Source: a bacterium (GTDB taxonomy: Bacteria > Bacillota_I > Bacilli_A > RFN20 > CAG-449). Taken from it: a stretch of 64,000 nucleotides of DNA. The stretch spans positions 19,204 through 83,203 of the forward strand of contig CAVFKD010000001.1 in NCBI GenBank assembly GCA_963623095.1, in the 5' to 3' direction. A model generated the notes under the pieces. The model saw only the letters and a program-made list of their open reading frames with translations, did not search any database and had not been told where the DNA came from. The translations under genes were made by a program, and so were the position numbers. Shown piece by piece: positions 56,830 to 64,000 of this stretch (position 1 is its first letter; every line of letters starts with the position of its first letter).

Positions 56830-59800
56830 TTATTTTTTTAAGAACATTTGTAATTTGTTCCATCTATCTTTAGCGCATTTTTCAGATTTTGTTAATAATT
56901 CTTCACAATGTTCTGGGTTAACCTTTGGAAGTTGTGAATATCTTGTTTCACACATAACGAAATCTCTGAATTTGCTGAAGTCTGGTTCTGGGCAATCAAT
57001 TTGTAATGCATCATCGCCTTTACGTGGATCATATCTGAAGATTGGGAAGTAACCACATTCGACAGCTTTCTTTTCTGTCATTTGTGCATTTCCTAAACCA
57101 CCTTTAATACCATGGTTAGCACAAGGAGCATAACAGATAATGATTGAAGGACCATCATATGATTCAGCTTCTTTCATAGCTTTAATTGCTTGCATCTTAT
57201 TAGCGCCCATTGCAATTTGTGCAACATAGACATTTCCATAAGTCATCATCATTAACGCTAAGAACTTCTTTGCAGTCTTCTTACCTGAAGCTGTGAATTT
57301 AGCAATAGAACCTGTTTGAGAAGATTTAGATGATTGACCACCTGTATTTGAATAAACTTCTGTATCAAGAACTAATACGTTAACGTCTTCTTCATTTGCG
57401 AGAACATGATCAAGTCCGCCGTAACCAATATCGTAAGACCAACCATCACCACCGACAATCCATACTGATTTATCTAATAAGTCTCTTTCAAGACGTTTTA
57501 ATTCAGTTAAATTGTGTTTAGCAATAATTTCTTTTAATTGAGGTAAGATTCCTCTTACGTGTTCTCTATCTTTAATATGTTCAATGTAATCTTCGAATAA
57601 TGCTTTTTCATCACCTGTTACAGTGCCTTCTTCAATAGCTTTATTCATTAAACGGATGATTTCGCCAAGTTTGTAGTCTGTTGCAACTCTCATACCGAAA
57701 CCATATTCAGCATTATCTTCGAATAATGAGTTACCCCAAGCAATACCTTCTCCGTTCTTATCTGTACAGAATGGTGTTAATGGAGTTGAACCTGAATAAA
57801 TTGAAGAACAACCTGTTGCGTTTGCGATTAACATATCTTTACCAAATAATTGAGAAGCTAATCTATAATATGGAGTTTCTCCACATCCTGCACAAGCACC
57901 AGATACTTCCATATATGGATATAATAATGAAGCGCCTTTAACTGTTGTTACAGGGAACTTATCTGCTTTATATTCAACGTGTTTGTATAAGTAATTTGCA
58001 GCATCTTCTTGAGCGTATTGAGTTTTTGCATCAACCATCTTTAATGCTTTAACTTGGACAAATTCACCAGTTGCTTCATCTTTAACACGTTTACCTGGAC
58101 ATTCGTTAACACAAATTGAACAGCCAACGCAGTTTCTTGGTGAAACTTGGATACGATATTTTAATCCTTTTACGCTTGGTCCAATTGCATCAATTAAATC
58201 ACCTTTAGCAATTTCTGGTAAACCTTCAACTTCTTTATCATCAAGTAAGAAAGGTCTAATTGTTGCGTGTGGGCAAACGAATGCACATTGTCCACATTGG
58301 ATACATGCATCTTTATTCCATACTGGTACTCTATCAGCGATTGAACGTTTTTCATTGAATGTAACGTCATTTCTCATTGTACCTGTTAATAATTCATATT
58401 CTGTGAATTTGCTTGTTGGTAAATCATAACCATCGAGTTGACCAATTACATTGACATAGTTATCCATGTAATCATCACCTGATTGTTCATATACTTTGTT
58501 ATATGGTAATTCAATCCATTTTGGATCAACTGCGACTTCTTCTAAGCCTTCTGCACCAGCATCAATTGCATCCCAGTTCATCTTAACGATATCATCACCT
58601 TTTTTAGCGTATGATTTCTTTGCGAACTTCTTCATCCAATCTTGTGCTTCAGCATATGGCATGATTTGTTGATTTAAATAGAAGAATGCAGATTGTAAAA
58701 TAGTATTTGTTCTTCTACCTAAGCCAATTTTACTTGCGAGTGAAACTGCATCGATGATATAGAATTTTGCTTTCTTTTCAGCGAGTTGATGTTTCATTCT
58801 ATTTGGCATTGATTTGATTAATGTTTCTTTATCTAAAGTAGTATTTAATAAGAAAGTACCGCCTTCTTTTAAGCACTTAATCATATCAAATTTATAAATA
58901 TATGAATCTAATGAACATGATAAGAAGTCTGCATGTTCAACATAATATGTAGATCTAATTGGTTCTTTACCGAATCTTAAGTGAGATCTAGTAACACCAC
59001 CAGCTTTTCTTGAGTCATATGCGAAATAAGCTTGAGCATATTGATGAGTTGCATCACCAATAATCTTAATAGATGACTTATTCGCAGAAACTGTACCATC
59101 ACTACCTAAACCATAGAATAAGCATGATGTATATGAGTTATGTGTATGGAATTTTTCATCGACTGGTAATGATAAGTGTGTTAAATCATCAACAATACCA
59201 ATTGTGAAGCCATTCCATGTTTTCTTAGCATTTAAGAAATCATAAACTGCTTTAACGTGTTTTGGTTGAGTATCTTTACTTGATAGACCATATCTACCAC
59301 CTAATACTAAGTCGAAGTGTCTACCCATTTGTTCAAATGAAGCAACAACATCTAAGTATAATGGTTCGCCTGATGCGCCCATTTCTTTTGTTCTATCTAA
59401 TACTGCAACTTTCTTAACAGTTGTTGGGATAACATCAACTAAATGTTTTGCAGAGAATGGTCTATATAAGTGAACTTTAACTAAACCAACTTTTTCTCCG
59501 TTTGCGTTTAATGTATCAACAACTTCTTTTGTACATTCTGTAATAGAGCCCATTGCGATAATAACTCTATCAGCGTCTTTTGCACCATAATATGTAAATG
59601 GAGCATATTCTCTACCTGTAAGTTTTGTTGCTTCTGCAAAATATTTGCAAGCAATGTCAACTACTTTATTGAAATGGATATTTTGAGCTTCTCTAGTTTG
59701 GAAGTAAATATCATCATTTTCTGCACCACCTCTTGTAACTGGGTGAGTATGTGGGTTTAATGCACCTTTCTTAAATTCTTCAAGTGCTTCCCAATTGATT

Positions 59801-60390
59801 AATTTATTCCAGTGTTCTGCATCAACAAATTCGACATTTTGAATTTCATGTGAAGTTCTGAAACCATCGAAGAAATGGACAACTGGTACTCTTGATTCAA
59901 TTGCGACTAAGTGAGCAACGTTAGCTAAGTCAGCACATTCTTGAACTGAATGAGCACAAATCATTGTTGCGCCTGTTTGTCTAACTGCATAAATATCTTG
60001 GTGGTCACCAAAGATAGAAAGTGATCTAGTCGCTAAGCTTCTCGCGGAAACATGTAAAACTGCTGGTAAGCATTCACCAACCCATTTATAAATGTTTGGA
60101 ATCATTAATAATAAGCCTTGTGATGCTGTATAAGTAGAAGCTAAAGCTCCGCCTTGTAATGCACCATGGACTGTACCAGAAGCACCTGCTTCAGATTGCA
60201 TTTCAACAACTTTAACAGTTGAGCCGAAAGCATTTAATTTGCCTTCAGAAGCATATTGTTCAACAAGTTCTGCCATTGTTGATGATGGAGTAATTGGATA
60301 GATACTTGCAACTTCAGTAAAGTTATAGCTCGCTAAAGCTGTCGCAGTATTACCATCTACTGATAAAAAACTCTTTTTAATATCTGCCAT
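56830..60390 (-). CDS. nifJ: Pyruvate:ferredoxin (flavodoxin) oxidoreductase, single-polypeptide NifJ/PFOR
   Basis: 1186 aa. Two 4Fe-4S ferredoxin motifs CIQCGQCAFVCP / CVGCSICVNECP. TPP-binding C-terminal domain GGDGW. Confidence 0.95.
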   Translation of the reverse strand: MADIKKSFLSVDGNTATALASYNFTEVASIYPITPSSTMAELVEQYASEGKLNAFGSTVKVVEMQSEAGASGTVHGALQGGALASTYTASQGLLLMIPNIYKWVGECLPAVLHVSARSLATRSLSIFGDHQDIYAVRQTGATMICAHSVQECADLANVAHLVAIESRVPVVHFFDGFRTSHEIQNVEFVDAEHWNKLINWEALEEFKKGALNPHTHPVTRGGAENDDIYFQTREAQNIHFNKVVDIACKYFAEATKLTGREYAPFTYYGAKDADRVIIAMGSITECTKEVVDTLNANGEKVGLVKVHLYRPFSAKHLVDVIPTTVKKVAVLDRTKEMGASGEPLYLDVVASFEQMGRHFDLVLGGRYGLSSKDTQPKHVKAVYDFLNAKKTWNGFTIGIVDDLTHLSLPVDEKFHTHNSYTSCLFYGLGSDGTVSANKSSIKIIGDATHQYAQAYFAYDSRKAGGVTRSHLRFGKEPIRSTYYVEHADFLSCSLDSYIYKFDMIKCLKEGGTFLLNTTLDKETLIKSMPNRMKHQLAEKKAKFYIIDAVSLASKIGLGRRTNTILQSAFFYLNQQIMPYAEAQDWMKKFAKKSYAKKGDDIVKMNWDAIDAGAEGLEEVAVDPKWIELPYNKVYEQSGDDYMDNYVNVIGQLDGYDLPTSKFTEYELLTGTMRNDVTFNEKRSIADRVPVWNKDACIQCGQCAFVCPHATIRPFLLDDKEVEGLPEIAKGDLIDAIGPSVKGLKYRIQVSPRNCVGCSICVNECPGKRVKDEATGEFVQVKALKMVDAKTQYAQEDAANYLYKHVEYKADKFPVTTVKGASLLYPYMEVSGACAGCGETPYYRLASQLFGKDMLIANATGCSSIYSGSTPLTPFCTDKNGEGIAWGNSLFEDNAEYGFGMRVATDYKLGEIIRLMNKAIEEGTVTGDEKALFEDYIEHIKDREHVRGILPQLKEIIAKHNLTELKRLERDLLDKSVWIVGGDGWSYDIGYGGLDHVLANEEDVNVLVLDTEVYSNTGGQSSKSSQTGSIAKFTASGKKTAKKFLALMMMTYGNVYVAQIAMGANKMQAIKAMKEAESYDGPSIIICYAPCANHGIKGGLGNAQMTEKKAVECGYFPIFRYDPRKGDDALQIDCPEPDFSKFRDFVMCETRYSQLPKVNPEHCEELLTKSEKCAKDRWNKLQMFLKK

Positions 60391-60612
60391 AAATACCTCT
60401 CTTTGATATATAAAAATTAATTTTAAATTAACCTATTACATCATTAATATTTTACTACAATTATATTTAAATATAAATATTGAATTCTTAAGCGATTTTT
60501 TCAATTTTTAAAAAGAATTGACTTTTCGCGTAAAAACTCGATATAGGTAAATTTTTACTTTATTCTACTAGTACAAAATGTATCTTGTAAATAAACGATA
60601 TTGTAGTAATTA

Positions 60613-60653
60613 AAGAAAAACTGTTGAACCGTCAAAAAAGATTCAACAGTTTC
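60613..60653 (-). terminator. Intrinsic terminator after sugar-phosphate isomerase gene (AACTGTTGAA...TTCAACAGTT + U-tract)
   Basis: 10-bp perfect stem, 14-nt loop, TTTTTCTTT on minus. Confidence 0.55.
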
Positions 60654-60655
60654 CA

Positions 60656-61489
60656 TTATTTATTTAATTTTTTAATTAATTCTAAACTAGGAACAATATC
60701 TTCACCAGTTACACCTTCAAAAATTAAAGTTGCATTAGGTGCATATTTTTTGATATTAGAAATAATAAATTCAAAATCAATTATTCCTTTACCAAGTCCA
60801 CATTGAACTAATTTATCTCCTTCAACATAGAAATCTTTTAAATGGAAGATTTTAATATCTTCTTTAAATGTTTCAAGAGCATGAAGGAATATTTCTTTAT
60901 AACTTTGATAATTACCGATATAAATTAAATTATAAATATCGATAGTTACTTTTACATAATCAGAATTAAGTTCATCAATCGCTCTTTTAAGTTGATCAAC
61001 TGAATAAATTACATGTCCCCAAGCAGGTTCCATTAATACAGTTGTATGATACTTTTCTGCGTTATCTTTTAATTCATGGAAGATGGTCATTGTATCTAAA
61101 TAACCTTCTTCAGTTTGATTCTTAGGATTATATGTCCATTTATCATCATTGTATGAACCAGTTTCTGTTCCAACGTATTTAGCGTCAATTTTTGAAGCTA
61201 AACGTAAATGATCAATAAAATAATCTTTATTTTTCTTTACTAATTCTTTATTGGAATGAACTGGATTAAAATAAGCACCAAGCATCGCAACATTAATATT
61301 GCGTTTAACTAATTCTTCATGTACTGGTTTTAATGTTTCTTCATTAAAGATAATAGGATTACCATTTTCATCTACAAAAGCCTTTTTAAAGACTAATTGT
61401 ACATTGTCAAATCCTAGATTTTTACATCTATCTAAGACATCAGGAACTAATCCTTTACCTACATCGTGAAGACGAATACCAATTTTCAT
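60656..61489 (-). CDS. Sugar phosphate isomerase/epimerase (xylose-isomerase-like TIM barrel)
   Basis: 277 aa. AP-endonuclease-2/TIM-barrel pattern (VQLVF...HLKD). Adjacent to uxaA. Confidence 0.7.
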   Translation of the reverse strand: MKIGIRLHDVGKGLVPDVLDRCKNLGFDNVQLVFKKAFVDENGNPIIFNEETLKPVHEELVKRNINVAMLGAYFNPVHSNKELVKKNKDYFIDHLRLASKIDAKYVGTETGSYNDDKWTYNPKNQTEEGYLDTMTIFHELKDNAEKYHTTVLMEPAWGHVIYSVDQLKRAIDELNSDYVKVTIDIYNLIYIGNYQSYKEIFLHALETFKEDIKIFHLKDFYVEGDKLVQCGLGKGIIDFEFIISNIKKYAPNATLIFEGVTGEDIVPSLELIKKLNK

Positions 61490-61490
61490 A

Positions 61491-62969
61491 TTATAAAGTT
61501 ACTCCATCTTTGAAAATTGCAATTTCTTGGAATTCATTAATTTCATTCTTAGTTTTTGTTTCACCATTAATGACACTAATTAAATAATTCTTAAATTGTT
61601 CAAAGACTTCATCTTTTGATTTACCATCAACAATTTGTCCAGCATTGAAATCAATCCAGTTAGATTTCTTATTCGCTAATGCGGAATTAGTTGCAATCTT
61701 AACTGTTGGGACAAATGTTCCAAATGGTGTACCTCTACCAGTTGTGAATAAAATTAATTGTGCACCAGCAGAAGCAATATTTGTACAAGCAACCATATCG
61801 TTACCTGGACCATTTAATAAATTTAAGCCTACTTGAGATACAATTTGTCCTACGTATAAGACATCTTGAACTTTAGTTAAGCCAGATTTTTGAACACAAC
61901 CTAAAGATTTATCTTCTAAAGTTGTGATACCTCCAGCTTTGTTACCTGGAGATGGGTTTTCATAACATACTTGATTATGAGCGGTGTAATATGCTTTAAA
62001 GCCATTGATTAAATGAACAATCTTTTCAAATGTTTCTTCATCTTTAGCTCTCTTCATTAATACTTGTTCAGCACCAAACATTTCTGGTACTTCACTTAAA
62101 ATTGTAGATCCTCCGTTAACTACCATATAATCAGACATCATACCGACTAATGGGTTTGCAGTAATTCCAGAGAATCCATCAGATCCGCCGCATTTTAAAC
62201 CAATAGTAACTGCGCTTAAAGGCATTTCTACTCTTTGGTCTTTAATCATTTTTTCATATAATTCTAAACACATTTTTGTGCCAGTTTCGACTTCGTCTTC
62301 AACATCTTGGCTTCTTAAGAATACAACTCTATCTGGGTCATAATCTTTTAATGTGTCTTTGAATGATTGTAATTGGTTATTTTCACAACCTAATGCAAGA
62401 ACTAAAACGCCACCTGCATTTGGATGTAAACAAATTGAATGTAATAATTCAACAGTATTTTGATGATCATCACCAATTTGAGAACAACCATATGGATGTT
62501 TACAAACAATAACGCCATCAATTTTACTTGCATCAATTTGGCTTAAAACTTCTTTTTTAATTGATTCAGCTTGTGAATTAACACAACCTACTAAAGGAAC
62601 AATAAATAAAGAATTTCTAATACCATAACGATTGAATTTACGTTTAAATAGTTTTACCTTAACGTCTTCTTTTTTAGCTTCTGGAGTAGAAAATGAAGGT
62701 GTATAAGTATATTCGAGTTCACCACTTAAATTTGTTTCAATATTATGTGAATGAACGTGTTCACCTTTTTTAATATCTCTAGTTGCATGTCCAATAGGAT
62801 AACCATATTTAATAAGGTTTTCGCCTTTTTTAATATCAACTAAAGCAAATTTGTGAGCGCAAGTGATGTCATCTAATAATGTGACATCTCCTGCAACTTC
62901 ACCTTTTTTCAAATCTTTTAAAGCAACTGCGACATTATCGGTAGAATTAATCTTTAAAAAATTTGCCAT
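61491..62969 (-). CDS. uxaA: Altronate dehydratase (UxaA family; SAF + dehydratase domains)
   Basis: N-terminal SAF domain (NVAVAL...), C-terminal GCENNQ cysteine cluster region. 492 aa. Confidence 0.8.
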   Translation of the reverse strand: MANFLKINSTDNVAVALKDLKKGEVAGDVTLLDDITCAHKFALVDIKKGENLIKYGYPIGHATRDIKKGEHVHSHNIETNLSGELEYTYTPSFSTPEAKKEDVKVKLFKRKFNRYGIRNSLFIVPLVGCVNSQAESIKKEVLSQIDASKIDGVIVCKHPYGCSQIGDDHQNTVELLHSICLHPNAGGVLVLALGCENNQLQSFKDTLKDYDPDRVVFLRSQDVEDEVETGTKMCLELYEKMIKDQRVEMPLSAVTIGLKCGGSDGFSGITANPLVGMMSDYMVVNGGSTILSEVPEMFGAEQVLMKRAKDEETFEKIVHLINGFKAYYTAHNQVCYENPSPGNKAGGITTLEDKSLGCVQKSGLTKVQDVLYVGQIVSQVGLNLLNGPGNDMVACTNIASAGAQLILFTTGRGTPFGTFVPTVKIATNSALANKKSNWIDFNAGQIVDGKSKDEVFEQFKNYLISVINGETKTKNEINEFQEIAIFKDGVTL

Positions 62970-62970
62970 T

Positions 62971-64000
62971 TTATTCTCCTAAGAATTTAACTAATGCTTT
63001 CTTCATTCCTAATTCTTCAATATCTTTGTAGTAACCAGTTACAACTTTTGTCATATCTGCAACTTTATTTAAGTCTTCACCCCACATAGATACTTGGCTT
63101 AATACATCAGAAACTAATGCTTCAGCAGATAATCCTTTTTCAAATAATGCTTTGAAGTATTCTAAGTATGCTGGATCATCTTTTAATGCAATTGCATCAT
63201 CTCCACGTTTGCCAGCATAGAATTTAATTAATGCTGCAAGAGAGAACATTGCATGACTTGGAAGTTTTCCATTGATTCTTAAATAATCTTTAACTGTTGG
63301 AAGAACTCTTGCTTTATATTTAGAAATTGAGTTTAAAGCAATAGACATTAATTCGTGTCTTACGAATGGGTTTAAATATCTTTCAAATACTGAATTTGCA
63401 AAGCTAACCATTTGATCGTGTGGTAATTCAATTGTTGGAACTACTTCGTCAAATACGAATTCATTTGCGAATTTACCAACATATTTATCTTCGATTGATT
63501 CTCTAACTGTATCAATACCGTATAAATATGAAACTGGAACCATACATGTATGGCAACCATTTAAGATTTTAACTTTTCTTTGTTTGTATGGTTTGATTGA
63601 TTCAGCATAAATAACATTTAATCCTGCTTTATCGCATGGGAAGATCTTTTCAATATGTGGTTCTTTTGCTAAAACCCATAAGTGGAAGATTTCACCTTTA
63701 ACGATAGATGAATCAATATAACCTAATTCTTTTGTAATTTCTTCAATTTCATCTCTTGGATAACCTGGAACAATTCTATCAACTAATGTTGATGTGAAAT
63801 GACATGATTTTTCAACCCATGAAATGAATGCTTGGTCATAGCCTTTAACTTTTGCTAAAGCAAGAACACATCTTCTTAATTCATCACCATTGTTATCAAT
63901 TAATTCGCAGCAAATAAAGCTTAAACCTTTGTCAGCAGCGCCTTTGAAGTGGTCATATCTTGCTTTTAACATTGCAGTAACTTTACCTGGGAAAGTTCTT
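62971..64000 (-). CDS. uxaB: Mannitol-dehydrogenase-family oxidoreductase, likely altronate oxidoreductase (tagaturonate reductase), 5' end beyond window
   Basis: Mannitol_dh C-terminal domain pattern. ORF continues open to the window edge. Adjacent uxaA. Confidence 0.7.
   Translation of the reverse strand, partial: RTFPGKVTAMLKARYDHFKGAADKGLSFICCELIDNNGDELRRCVLALAKVKGYDQAFISWVEKSCHFTSTLVDRIVPGYPRDEIEEITKELGYIDSSIVKGEIFHLWVLAKEPHIEKIFPCDKAGLNVIYAESIKPYKQRKVKILNGCHTCMVPVSYLYGIDTVRESIEDKYVGKFANEFVFDEVVPTIELPHDQMVSFANSVFERYLNPFVRHELMSIALNSISKYKARVLPTVKDYLRINGKLPSHAMFSLAALIKFYAGKRGDDAIALKDDPAYLEYFKALFEKGLSAEALVSDVLSQVSMWGEDLNKVADMTKVVTGYYKDIEELGMKKALVKFLGE

Noticed and set aside
1-64000. Alternative genetic code (UGA=Trp) given Mollicutes-like AT-richness
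   Set aside because: Long conserved genes (polC, nifJ, topA) are intact under the standard code with TGA used as stop, so no recoding is needed.

Overview
Coordinates of RNA features, terminators and promoters below may be off by a nucleotide or so; CDS ends follow the ORF track, with some starts reassigned by hand.

This is an AT-rich (about 30% GC) segment that uses the standard genetic code and looks like a low-GC Gram-positive anaerobe. The supporting genes are the Gram-positive-type polymerase PolC, TrmFO, GatCAB, an ECF transporter module and PFOR/NifJ, which fits Erysipelotrichia, Clostridia or an Acholeplasma-like lineage. Almost all of it is conserved core genome.

- **Housekeeping genes, start to ~42 kb:** surE', cdaA, rdgB, an MgtC-family protein and a CvpA-like protein, then polC, rseP, dxr, cdsA, frr, pyrH, tsf and rpsB. 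These are followed by xerC, trmFO, topA, dprA, rnhB, rbgA and lepB, and then the ribosomal-protein operon rpsP–KH–rimM–trmD with rplS inverted upstream of it. Next come a 5'-nucleotidase lipoprotein, a DJ-1 protein, gatBAC and pcrA, a GGDEF diguanylate cyclase, a HisJ-type PHP phosphatase, then truA, ecfT, ecfA2 and ecfA1, and a dCMP deaminase.
- **Accessory region, ~42–56 kb:** an ABC-2 transporter, lipoproteins, a locus for a glycoside transporter, a GH36-like alpha-galactosidase and a GT28-like glycosyltransferase under a TetR-family regulator, and the tldD/pmbA pair. There is also a CiaRH-like two-component system made of an OmpR-family response regulator and a histidine kinase with two transmembrane helices and no HAMP domain.
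- **Most notable signal, 54.4–54.95 kb:** three tandem units of about 115 nt each run from promoter to terminator with no ORF. They share a conserved core, and two helices are supported by compensatory base changes between the copies. Two of the units are preceded by a TTTAAG-N5-TTTAAG direct repeat 15–17 bp upstream of the -10 box. The same box sits upstream of the response-regulator gene. This looks like a previously undescribed family of small RNAs controlled by the two-component system, analogous to the CiaR-dependent csRNAs of streptococci.
- **Rest of the window:** downstream lie an orphan secreted 545-aa protein, PFOR (nifJ), and hexuronate genes (sugar-phosphate isomerase, uxaA, partial uxaB).
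- **Transcription signals:** many intrinsic terminators and sigma-A-type promoters are recognisable.
- **Not found:** CRISPR arrays, rRNA, tRNA or mobile elements.
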